Positions 53,324 through 64,000 of a DNA stretch of 64,000 nt are shown in pieces. The first letter of the stretch is position 1. Every line of letters starts with the position of its first letter. The position numbers and the translations under genes were made by a program. Under the pieces are notes generated by a model. That model was not told the DNA's origin. It saw only the letters and a program-made list of their open reading frames with translations, and did not search any database. The DNA lies in the NCBI GenBank assembly GCA_951406725.2, contig OX597832.1, positions 63,426,001-63,490,000 of the forward strand, in the 5' to 3' direction. This DNA comes from Octopus vulgaris. Taxonomy: Eukaryota.

Positions 53324-54826
53324 ATGCAGCGAGATGTGTTCCTTCTATCCGTGGTACTTCTTTACTGTATCATCTTCCTCATGTTACACTCACATCTTAA
53401 AAGAATCAATAACCCCATAACACAGAAATTCATTGCTAAACAACAAGAGAATGACAACACAGTAAAAACTACCACAGCACCAACAGAATCAGGATTGGTA
53501 GCAGAACAAGGAGAAAATGTACAGCAACTCCAACAACCATTTCCAAAGAAAATAAACATTCTCAAGCAGCATCAAAATAAAGAAAGTTTCGTTATTAAAC
53601 GCAATTACAGTGAAGCAAATATACACATGCCTCAATCAATAAAACCAAAACTGGAAAACATTTCCGATTCAAAAGCAAATTGTTCTAAATGCAAGAAGCT
53701 GCCATATTCTGGAAGTTTCCAAAATATATCTGGTATTTTTGTACTGACCACATTTTATGACCAAAGAATTCCCTCCAAGCATCGAATTCGTATTTTGGCT
53801 GTACAGGATGCTAAAGATAACCGCAAACTTGTCTGCTGGTTTAAAAATGGCACATATTTGGTGCAATCATATGCTACTAAATACGAGATGTGTGAGAACC
53901 ATGGACGTAAGTTTGGAGGATGGATTTATTCTTGTCTGGTGCCAAAAGGCATGGCATCAATCAAAGTTGTGTACTTGTCTCTTTATACCAACAATATCCT
54001 TGCTCCACTGACAAAAATGGATTTAATTTCACTCACCAAAACAGGAACAAAGAAATTATTTGGAGTCTGTATACCTCCTTTGTTTGGATCCGTTGGAATG
54101 ACAAAACTTGTACAATTTTTAGAACTGAATCGAATTTTAGGAGCTTCACATTTCCATTTCTATCTCCATAATGCTTCTAGCAGTGTTCGGGTTATATTAA
54201 ATCACTATGCCAAGTTAAAATTAGCTACACTTTTTGAATGGGAGCTACCATCAGTTATAACTAACAACAACATATGGTACCATGGCCAACTTCTGGCAAT
54301 ACAAGACTGTCTCTACAGAAATATGGCTAACTTCCAGTTCCTACTGTTTTCAGATTTAGACGAATTTGTCATCCCACGTAAAACATACACATGGCCGAGA
54401 CTAGTAAATTACTTGAAAGACTTAAATAAAAATCACCCCAGTGAAAATACATTAGGATTTTCTTTCAAAAGTGCATTCTTTGATCCTTGGCAAACCCCCG
54501 ACAACAGCCAACAGTTGAGCTACTTACAACGGCTATATCGGAGCAAATCAATAAGTAATGTTCGGACAAAGGTTATGATTCAACCAGACAAAGTGTTTGA
54601 ATTAGGCATCCATCATGTAAGTAAACCAATCTTTGAGAACTTAACTATAACTAATATCGATCCAGAAATAGCAATGATACACCATTATCAACCATGTATG
54701 GTAAGATATGAACCTAAAATGCAATGCTCACCAAAAATAAGAGATGCGACAATTCTCAAATACACCAAACAACTTCAAAATAATTACAACCAAAGAGTGA
54801 AAGAATTATTCAAAGATTTCTTGTGA
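53324..54826 (+). CDS. Glycosyltransferase family 92 (DUF23; GALT-1-like beta-1,4-galactosyltransferase), 500 aa, intronless CDS
   Basis: Intact 500-aa ORF. Short N-tail and hydrophobic anchor (VFLLSVVLLYCIIFLML), polar stem, then GT92-type motifs VCIPPLF, QFLELNRILGASHFHFY, QLLAIQDCLYR, DxD (SDLDEF) and IHHY. A pyrimidine tract ending ccaaag just upstream suggests a 5'UTR intron. Confidence 0.9.
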   Translation: MQRDVFLLSVVLLYCIIFLMLHSHLKRINNPITQKFIAKQQENDNTVKTTTAPTESGLVAEQGENVQQLQQPFPKKINILKQHQNKESFVIKRNYSEANIHMPQSIKPKLENISDSKANCSKCKKLPYSGSFQNISGIFVLTTFYDQRIPSKHRIRILAVQDAKDNRKLVCWFKNGTYLVQSYATKYEMCENHGRKFGGWIYSCLVPKGMASIKVVYLSLYTNNILAPLTKMDLISLTKTGTKKLFGVCIPPLFGSVGMTKLVQFLELNRILGASHFHFYLHNASSSVRVILNHYAKLKLATLFEWELPSVITNNNIWYHGQLLAIQDCLYRNMANFQFLLFSDLDEFVIPRKTYTWPRLVNYLKDLNKNHPSENTLGFSFKSAFFDPWQTPDNSQQLSYLQRLYRSKSISNVRTKVMIQPDKVFELGIHHVSKPIFENLTITNIDPEIAMIHHYQPCMVRYEPKMQCSPKIRDATILKYTKQLQNNYNQRVKELFKDFL

Positions 54827-57166
54827 CCTAAATCCTTTGTGATAAAAATTAAAAGCAGTCACTGAAGGAGTAAGTTTTAAAATCCTGTCCTGGCTTTAAT
54901 CACAAGTCCTTTTGTTTATCACTCAAAACTTGAATTCTTTACTGATGTCAACATTACCAGCAGACATAAGGTTGGTCTTTTTCTTGTATTGCCCCACGTA
55001 TGATACACATAAATGAATGAAACACACAAACACCCATGTCAATAACACACACCAATACACACTTCTCTAGTCAAATCAGTGAGACGAGGGAAATCTTAAT
55101 AAAATCTAGTCTGTAGAATATTTTTCTTTCTCTTCTAAAAGTCCTGGTATTATGTTGGTCTATAAAATTACTTGGGTTCAGCATATATCTATAAATGTAT
55201 GTATACATAAAAAATTCTCCATAACTATTTGTAGATGAAGGAGCTATCAATTATAAAAAAAATAATGAAAATAGAGTATGTGTGTGTGTGTGTGCATGCA
55301 TGTACACATGCATACATATGCTCACACACATGCACAGATAATTATGCTTAATATTCTACAGATAGAAATAAAGATATAAGTAGTTCCTCAGTTATCTCCA
55401 GCATTCCAACATTAATTCCAATTTTTCACATGTTCTGTTAGAAAAAAAAATGTCACCACACCCTGTTATGAAAGCCAAATTAACTTACTACTTATATTCC
55501 AGTAATGTGTACATTTAGAGCAGAAAGGATATCAAGTGTGGATAGGAGAAGCACACACACATATATACATGCTTTCAGGGCACAGATGGCTGAACCAATA
55601 AGATAGAGGTGAAAACAAGTGAGCATATGGAACTATCAGCCCATATGTTGCCACTATCACTTTGTTGTAGTCTCAGATAAGACATTAAAACTCTCTGAGG
55701 CCAAATCCACCTGACTCTTAAAGTAGCTTTACACAAAGCAGTTTAGTTCCTTAAGTCTGGAAAGCTGGGGAAGAGATTGCTGTGTATTTTTTGACAGATA
55801 TCAAGGGATTTAGATGATGGCATGTGGATTACTCTCAAGGAACCAAAAGCATGTGTGCATACACACACTTTCAATTTAATCCCTTCACATTCCATTGGAG
55901 CTGTGCTTATCTCCAGTTTGTAACGTTTAGTGGTATGGGAGATAAATCTCCTTTTGGATAATCTGCTAGTCAACCACAGGTGACTTAGCATAAGTAGACT
56001 TGACTTAAACACAGCCAGCCAAAGTTTATAACGCAGCTGTTGCTTATTCTTTTATTTGTTTCAGTCATTTGACTGTGGCCATGCTGGAGCACTGCCTTTT
56101 AAGTCAAGCAAATCGACCCCAGGACTTATTCTTTGCAAGCATAGTAGTTATTCTATTGGTCTCTTTTGCCAAACCACTAAGTTTCAGGAACATAAGCACA
56201 TCAGCATCGGTTGTCAAGCAATGCTGGGGGAACAAACACAGACACACAAACATACACACACACACATATATATATATACATATATATATATACAACAGGC
56301 TTCTTTCAGTTTCTGTCTATCAAATCCACTCACAAGGCTTTGGTCGGGCCGAGGCTAAGTAGAAAGACACTTGCCCAAGGTGCCATGCAGTGGGACTCAA
56401 TCCAGAAACATGATGTTCGGAAGCAAGCTACTTACCATACAGCCACTCCTGTGCTTATAGCAGAGAATTATTATTCTACTTCTGTAATATCTTATTTACA
56501 GCAAAATGGATTTGGCTGCCAAGATGCTAACCTCTATGCAGATTATTACCCAACACCTTCACATCTCAGCCATCCATATCTCCAAAACTTAAATAACAGA
56601 AAATAAACAAGATGACACAAATGACCTAGGCATCACAAAGGAAGTTATAGAATATAAAGTTTTGAGTATCTGCAACTGATCTAAGCAGCATCCTGATCAT
56701 GCTTTCATTCATTTAGCATCAATTCATCTATACACCAAAACATACATCACAGAGGAAGCAAAAAAAAAAACTTTTTTGAATCAGCAAGAAACAGAATTTT
56801 TGAATGCAGACCAGAAATAATATTTTCAGTTTTTTCAAGGTATTTACTTGTTCAATTGCAATCAAAAATATATACAGATGAAAGATCGGAAAAGGTACAA
56901 AGAAAAAAAATTAAAAAAAGAAAATACCTATCTGTAAATCAAGGAACACATTTATGTGTCACAAACATTCAAAGACATTTGAAATATTTTCTATTTCGTT
57001 TCTATTCTATGAAACAAATTGTTAACTCTTAATTATATTTATTTAAAAATGTTAAAAAATTAAAATTTTAATATTTAATTTGTATAGTTGTTTGAAATCT
57101 TTGTTTTAACATTTTAACATGTGTATTTATGCACAAAACAAACCTGCAATGTGTGAAATATATATA

Positions 57167-57236
57167 TATAATCAAAATAAGCAACAAGAATGACTCCAGT
57201 AATTTGGAGTCATTCTTGTTGCTTATTTTGATTATA
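57167..57236. repeat. Perfect 32-bp hairpin, 6-nt loop
   Basis: tataatcaaaataagcaacaagaatgactcca-gtaatt-tggagtcattcttgttgcttattttgattata. Confidence 0.9.
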
Positions 57237-57357
57237 ATCACCCCACAGATTTTTATGGCTAACACCATACAAAATTCTGGTGCATCTATATTAAGTACCA
57301 TATTCATTAGAATCTAAATTTTTGCTGAACATATATATGTATATGTATATATACATA

Positions 57358-57838
57358 CAAGGGTGAGTCAAAAACTAATGCTATTTTGTTTCGGACAGGT
57401 ATAATTACCAAAACAGGAACATGTATCATACATCAAAATGAAGCTGGTACTCTGTGGATCACATCTCTACTTCTCAACAATGTCACCGTTTCTCTCAATA
57501 GCAATGTTCCACCTTTGAATGAGAGCATGTATCCCTGCCCCGTAAAATTCTGTTGACTGTTCTTTGAGCCACTTCTTTACTAAAGTTTTCACTTCCTCGT
57601 CACTGGAATAATGTTTGCCTCTCAAACCCTCTTTCATGGGGCCGAAGAGATGATACGGGGCAGGGATACATGCTCTCATTCGAAGGTGGAACATTGCTAT
57701 TGAGAGAAACGGTGACAATGTTGAGAAGTAGGGATGTGATCCAGAGAGGACCAGCTTCATTTTGATGTATGATACACGTTCCTGTTAGTAATTATACCTG
57801 TCCTAAACAAAATGGCATTACTTTTTCACTCATCCTTG
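57358..57838. mobile_element. Mariner-derived fold-back MITE with ~186-bp inverted arms, TA-flanked
   Basis: Arms 57358-57544 and 57654-57838. ORF 57467..57760(-) includes the mariner C-terminus YHLFGPMKEGLRGKHY...EFY...IHALIQRW...GDIVEK. Confidence 0.85.
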
Positions 57839-57868
57839 TATATATACGTGTGTATGTGTGTGTATGTA

Positions 57869-57934
<66 letters not shown>

Positions 57935-58212
57935 ATGTTACATTACTCGGTAGTCAAGATAAAACTCTGAGTTTCAGATGCCGAAGTGGAAATCCACAAC
58001 ACCATCTCTTCGGTTATCTGGCTATTTGAAAACGTTATGAAAAAATACCATTAAAAATGAAGGGAAATTACTCTGTTATAACTCTGCTTTGCCTGCGTAC
58101 TTATACATCGCTTGCATTTTTCGTCATAAAAATTATATAAAAATACATAAAAATATATAAAATATATAAAAATATATAAAATCTTCTTGGGACATAACAC
58201 AGAAAGCATGTT

Positions 58213-58833
58213 CTATCCGTTTTCTTTAGGGGACCAAAAACGTAACAGAAATTTAGTCACATGTGGGCATGATCCGAAAAGCTCTGTCCTTGTATTTAGA
58301 CATGTGGTAGGGTCTAAGCTGCTTTTCCAGATAAGCCATCTCTCCATGTCGCATAAACCGCACCTTCCGCTACCGTTAGTATAGGGCTTACATCTGGCCA
58401 AAATCTTCCATTGTATGTTATAATCGACACCTTTATCTCTTAAAGACCAAATATGATTGGATAGTTGTGTCGCTTTTCTTTTGTTCCAGTGCCTAAAGCT
58501 CAAAGTGTGGTTATTGAACCTGGCCTTGAAATTACCCTCTGTCAAGCCCACGTATTTCTTCGTTGAAACGGTGTCTTTAGTGGTTATAGAGTTTATGGTA
58601 GCTTCATATATGATGGTCTTGGACATGCAAGCTCCATTTAGCGGGCACAATTCTTTATTCCTGCATGAACAGCTGTTTTCTTCTTGTGTTTTTTGTATGT
58701 TATGATTGATTATGTTTTTAAAATTGGTAGTTGAACTAAAATTAATTTTTAAATTGTGTCTATTGAAGAGTTTCCTATAAGCATGGTTAACTGGAAAATG
58801 TCTATCTATCAGTGCTAGGAAATATTTACCTAT
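58213..58833 (-). pseudogene. Penelope-like RT-thumb/linker plus GIY-YIG endonuclease fragment (open frame, no start)
   Basis: The frame stays open upstream of the ORF call: IGKYFLALIDRHFP..KLFNRHNLKINFS..CSCRNKELCPLNGAC (CxCx5C), then IIYEAT..YVGLTE..FKARFNNH..CGLCDMER..LNTRTELFGSCPH. Confidence 0.88.
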
Positions 58834-59111
58834 AATAAAAGGACAGAGCTTTTCGGATCATGCCCACATGTGACTAAATTTCTGTTACGTTTTTGGTCCC
58901 CTAAAGAAAACGGATAGAACATGCTTTCTGTGTTATGTCCCAAGAAGATTTTATATATTTTTATATATTTTTATATATTTTTATGTATTTTTATATAATT
59001 TTTATGACGAAAAATGCGAGCGATGTATAAGTACGCAGGCAAAGCAGAGTTATAACAGAGTAATTTCCCTTCATTTTTAACGGTATTTTTTCATAACGTT
59101 TTCAAATAGCC

Positions 59112-59174
59112 AGATAACCGAAGAGATGGTGTTGTGGATTTCCACTTCGGCATCTGAAACTCAGAGTTTTATCT
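59112..59174 (+). ncRNA. Hammerhead ribozyme motif in the Penelope pLTR (U4C core variant)
   Basis: agataa-CCGAAGA-gatg...catc-t-GAAAC-tcaga-GTT-ttatct: stem I agataa/ttatct, stem III actc/gagt. Mirror copy at 57957-58019(-). Confidence 0.65.
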
Positions 59175-59300
59175 TGACTACCGAGTAATGTAACATATTG
59201 TATAGATAAATTTCCTCTATTTACATAATATTGAGGTCTCTTTCTTTCTTTTGTTATCTTACCGTTTTATCAATATATATATATATATATATATGCTACC

Positions 59301-59617
59301 ATTTTAATATGCTACCACTTTTTTGATATAATTTTTTTCTGTAAAAAACTTCATCCTATATTAGTAGTATATATATCATCATCGTCGTTTAACGTCCGTT
59401 TTCCATGCTAGCATGGGTTGGACGGTTCGACCGGGGTTCTGGGAAGCCAGAAGCCTGGTGCAGCCTTCTGGCTTCCCAGAACCCCGGTCGAACCGTCCAA
59501 CCCATGCTAGCATGGAAAACGGACGTTAAACGACGATGATGATATATATACTACTAATATAGGATGAAGTTTTTTACAGAAAAAAATTATATCAAAAAAG
59601 TGGTAGCATATTAAAAT
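59301..59617. repeat. Perfect 153-bp inverted duplication, 11-nt spacer
   Basis: 59301-59453 is the reverse complement of 59465-59617; it includes a retroelement tail plus unrelated flanking DNA. Confidence 0.93.
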
Positions 59618-59777
59618 ACCTTTAAAGGTTAAAATTATAAACAACTTATAAACAAGGGCAAAAGAAAATTATTTCTATGCCAATATGCTGATAACAGACT
59701 TTTAAATCATCAGTTTCCACATATTATTATATACACACTACAGAAATGCCCTTGTTTATAAGTTATATTTATATATA

Positions 59778-60298
59778 CAGGGTGTCCCCAAAAAATGTAT
59801 ACACATCTTAAATAATTGTAAATTTGGGGTTTATTATAATTCGAATAATTTTCAACATGTAAAAGAATTTACAAATATCATTCTATTGTCTTGTTATCGC
59901 ATGTTTTCAAACTGATGTCCGTTCTGCTCCAGACACTGCTGACAACGTGAAGCGATGGAATGGCACACATCATGGAACAATTCCCTTGGGATATTCGTAC
60001 ATTCATGTTCAATGGTTGCCCTCAATTGAACGACTGTTGCAGGTTTCTGTGCGTAGACTTTGTCCCATAAAAAGAAGTCTAGTGGTGTGAGGTCTGGTGA
60101 ACGTGGAGGGTATTCGACAAAACCTCTCCATCCAATCCACCTGTTTGGCAAGATCCCATCAAGAAAGGATCTAACATCGCGATGGTAGTGTGGAGGTGCC
60201 CCATCTTGCTGGAAATAAAACTCTTCCTGTTCAAAGTCCTCTCTAATGCTTGGCATGACAGACTGTTGCAGTCTGTGTATACATTTTTTTGGGACACC

Positions 60299-60301
<3 letters not shown>
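59778..60301 (-). mobile_element. Internally deleted IS630-Tc1-mariner element, DD41D (rosa/Visitor-type)
   Basis: 28-bp TIRs cagggtgtcccc/aaaaaaatgtatacaca flanked by TA. ORF 59894..60256 reads FQQDGAPPH...PPRSPDLTPLDFFLW with 41 residues between the second and third catalytic Asp. Confidence 0.88.
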
Positions 60302-60338
<37 letters not shown>

Positions 60339-60964
60339 AGCTCCTTTCACATGACTTAGATTTGTGATAACGTTGGACAGCCCCATTTCAGATATCACGA
60401 GGAGTAGGGAATTTGAGACAAATTCAAAATGGCTTATGGCTTCTAGATGTTAATGCCTCTTTTGGTCACCCCAGGTCACATGGTGTTAATGCTATGGAAG
60501 TGACACCAGTTTTTTTCTTTATACTTACACTCACATGCCTGAACAAGGTGTTGGCAGGGAGCAGTCACCACTTTGGTGGAAAGCATGTGAACCTAAGAGT
60601 AAAGAAAATAACTGATGTCTCTTCCAAACCAATAACACCACATGGCCTAAGCTGATCAATAGAAGACTAACATCTAGAAGCCATCTTGAACTTGTCTCAG
60701 ATCCCTTCCTTACTCCTTCCCCAATATCTGATGGGATTGATCCGTCCGCAAAGTCATACGGAGCTTGTGACACCTACCAAATGTGAAAAATTTTGCTTTT
60801 ATTTGCCTGCTTGTTCATATATGTACATATGTCTATCAGTTCACTAATATGTGTGCAAGTACCTTACCTTTTCTAAGAATTTTATACATGCCTTGCAAAC
60901 TTGCCTGCAAAAGGTTTATTATCACGTAAAGTAATAGACAATGATGATAATGAGAAGTCTTTAA

Positions 60965-61753
60965 CCCTTTAGCATTTAATCTGGCCACATCCAGTTCAAA
61001 TATTTTACCTGTTTTATGCTAAAACTGACCAGATCCAGCCTCTTACACCTAACCAATAATGCCATTCTAAAAATATACAAACATTGAAATGTTGAAGCTA
61101 CAAAAGAATGCATGATTAATTCAAAACAATGTCTGATCTCTAACTGTGGAGGGAACCTGTGGTAGAAGCAGACCTAGGAAGACACGGGACGAAGTGGTGA
61201 AGTATGATCTTCGAACTTTGGGCCCCAGAGAGGCAATGATTAGTGACCAAGACCTATGGCAATATGTTGTGTTTGAGAAAACCTGTCAAGTCAAGTTAAA
61301 TCGTGGTCGTGGCTGATGCTAGTGTCACATAAATGGCACCTGTGCCAGTGGGCCTCACAGAGGCAAAGTGGCTGAGTATTGGGCCTCACAGAGGCAATGA
61401 CTGAGACCTTTGGCATTATGTCATGCTTGAGAAGAAGACCCATTGAGCCAAGCAAAATCTCAGTTGTGGCTGATGCTAGTGTCATGCAAATGGCACCCAT
61501 GCCAGTGGTACGTAACAGCACCTATTACACTCCCCGAGTGGTTGGTATTAGGAAAGGCAACCAGCCGCCGAAACCATGCCAAATCAGACCAGAGACTGGT
61601 GCAGCCTTCTAGCTTGCCAGTCCTGGTCAAACCGTCCGACCAATGCCAGCATGGACAGTAGACGTCAAATGATGATGATGATGTTGATAATGATGATGAT
61701 GGGTGTGAATGAATAAGCTTTATATTTGACAAAGAAATCTGAATGCTAAAAGG
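60965..61753. mobile_element. piggyBac-type MITE interrupted by a (GAT)n-tailed retroelement (~61135-61700)
   Basis: Termini ttaa|ccctttagcattt and gaatgctaaaagg; the nested element ends in gatgatgat. Confidence 0.55.
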
Positions 61754-62859
61754 TTCACTTTGTTTCCATTTGGCTTATTTTACCTCCAAGTCAGCCTTAA
61801 TCAAACAGGACTACATTATTAATTGAATGTTTTGGGTTTTTTTTTTTTAAAGATGGTAGGGTCTGATTTGAGGAAGATTTAGCTGTAGTTTCTGACAACT
61901 GAGCAACCACATGAACTCACAAATCATCAGCTTAATTTATTAAAAATTGTTGCATGCTGGAAACAGTAGGAAATGTATCAATGGAGCCAGTTCTGCAGTA
62001 TTGCAAACCCATCAAACCTATACCCATGTTATTCCAATATGATGACAATGTCAAAGAGAAGAATGCTATCAATGATACGAAATGGAATCTTTGAATTACA
62101 TCATTAACAATCTTCTTGATTGAAGAAATTACCATAATGTATGAAAATTCCTACATTTTCACACACACACACACTTATTTGCATGTGCACGCACATACAC
62201 ACACACTTATCTGCACACACATACACATGCTCTTATCTGCACACACACACACATGCTCTTATCTGCACACATACATACACACATGCATATGCATGCACAC
62301 ACATACTTATCTGCACACACACACACCTTACTAAATGGAGGCAATACAACAGATAAGAAGAGGGGTAGAAAAAACCAACAGACAGCAAAGAAACACAATA
62401 GGGGTGAGACTAACTCTTTCCATGCCAACCACCCAAGGCTGCACCTTATTCTACGATACAAACTCCATGTTTTAAACTGGCTTACATTAAAACCTTCCAT
62501 CAAAATTTGATTTAAGTTCCAAAAGTTACAAAGTTATTTTACAAAATTCGCTATTTTCGAAATTAAATGAAACAAAGTAAATCTCAACAGAACTATGGTA
62601 CCAAAAGGGTTACGGTACATTACTGACAATAACAAGAGTGTGAGTTCAAATTTACTATGGTAATCATGTTTTACTATTGAGCAAAGCACCTAATTCTGCT
62701 GCCCTTCTTCTCCTTGAAAAAGAAAAAAAAAGTCCACTTTTATTTTATGGTTGAGTGATTAGCAAAGGAAGGACAGCCAACTGTAAAATGAATTGCTCCA
62801 ACAGCAACTAAATATACCCAGTTTGCTTTTCACCCATCCACAGTTGATAAACTGATTAA

Positions 62860-63081
62860 CCCTTTTGTTATTGTATTTATTTTGAGATGCTCTGTGTTTC
62901 TTTCAATTAATTTTAAATATAACAAAGAATTTAGTAAAATAACTTAGTTATCATTAAGCTAGTGTTAGGAACATAAATTGTGACTAAGGTTTGAGGGAAT
63001 ATTTTAATGTTAAACTTAAGAAAACAAGACATTTGTACTACAGAGCCAGAGCAGGTTTGGGCCAGGTTGGTAACAAAAGGG
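62860..63081. mobile_element. piggyBac-type MITE, third copy (reverse orientation)
   Basis: ttaa|cccttttgtta...taacaaaaggg|ttaa; reverse-complement homolog of 41611-41832. Confidence 0.8.
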
Positions 63082-63112
63082 TTAAATACTGGTGAGATCA
63101 ATGTAATAAGAT

Positions 63113-63318
63113 CAGTGGTTCCCAAACTTGTCACTATAAAGGACCCCTTTTATTTAAATGAGTTTTCCCCACAGACCCCTTTTAATATACTTCTTTGTCT
63201 CTGTGTCTCTTTCTCTCTCTGATTCTCTCTCTGTCTCTCTGTCTCTCTCTCTCTGTGAAATTTTGAATTTAGTTCATGGACCAGCAGGGGTCTGCGGAAC
63301 ACAGGTCGGAAACCACTG
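63113..63318. mobile_element. hAT/Charlie-like MITE
   Basis: TIRs cagtggttcccaaact and aggtcggaaaccactg; internal ggacccc/gacccc motifs; no clear 8-bp TSD. Confidence 0.6.
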
Positions 63319-64000
63319 TCCCTAAGAAGACAGTATCTCAGCAGTACCAACACTCTAATAACCATTTTTAAGTTAAGCACAAGGCCAGCAATTTTGAAGG
63401 GAGGCTGTTGGTCAATATCATAAACACTGTATTTGACTGGTACTTTATTGACCCTAGAAAAAAACTATGTGGTCAAGAAGCTGGCTTTTCAATCATGGAT
63501 TTCAGGTTCAGTCTCATCATGCAGCACCTTGGGCAAGTACCTTCTACTACAGCTCTGAAGGATTTTGTTGAACGAATCAAACCCCTGTAATTATTTTTAA
63601 GCCTGCTACTTATTCTATTGCACTTTTACTAAACCACTAACTTACAAGGACATGAACAAACCAACACCAGTTGTCAAGCTGTAGTGGGGGTCAAACGCAA
63701 CACAAAAACACATACATAAATATATACATAAATACACACACACACAACTGATTTTTTTCTGTTTCTGTCTAAGAAAACCCCTCAGAAGACTTTAGTCGGC
63801 CTAATACTATAGTAGAAGTACCACGCGGTGAGATTGAACCCAAAACCATGTGGTTAGGAAGCAAACTTCTTACTGCATAGGATAGTTAATTCTACATTGA
63901 CTTGTTTCATCAGGTAATAAGGTAATGGTAGATTAAAATTTGTTTCTCATTTGTTTAATGATGCCTAAAACAAGGTTAAGTGCAGTCATTATATTCCTCT

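Larger units (their letters stand above)
57930..59272 (-). mobile_element. 5'-truncated Penelope-like retroelement (Naiad-like) with inverted pLTR
   Basis: Minus-strand GIY-YIG coding region; near-identical inverted arms of ~360 bp (57930-58291 and 58839-59204), the right arm with an extra tail; embedded between (TA)n tracts. Confidence 0.9.

Noticed and set aside
58213-58833. Selenocysteine recoding in the Naiad-like ORF
   Set aside because: There is no in-frame TGA in the visible fragment and I could not identify a SECIS by eye.
60863-60930. Minus-strand AAG|gtaag donor-like site
   Set aside because: The upstream frames do not resemble PCCB or any protein I recognise.

Overview
AT-rich eukaryotic DNA dense in microsatellites and SINEs; the repeat families point to an octopus (coleoid cephalopod) genome. 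The window lies inside a minus-strand propionyl-CoA carboxylase beta chain gene (PCCB). Seven internal coding exons (31622 down to 2526) splice in frame with GT-AG boundaries; the 5' and 3' exons lie outside the window. In what appears to be a >32 kb intron there is an opposite-strand gene with an intronless CDS encoding a 500-aa type II membrane glycosyltransferase of family GT92/DUF23 (53324-54826). The rest is transposon-derived: a decayed Tc1, a DD41D element, mariner/piggyBac/hAT-type MITEs, RTE LINE tails, several tRNA-derived SINE families, and a Naiad-like Penelope fragment with an inverted pLTR and a hammerhead ribozyme. Most notable: (i) a tRNA-headed SINE carrying a minimal hammerhead, inserted with the same inverted-copy-plus-tail architecture as the Penelope element, i.e. 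a candidate Penelope-mobilised ribozyme SINE; (ii) recurrent perfect fold-back palindromes, clustered at 57-60 kb; (iii) the nested GT92 gene, a candidate for the cephalopod Gal-beta1,4-Fuc N-glycan epitope. All calls were read by eye; no searches were run and repeat boundaries are approximate.
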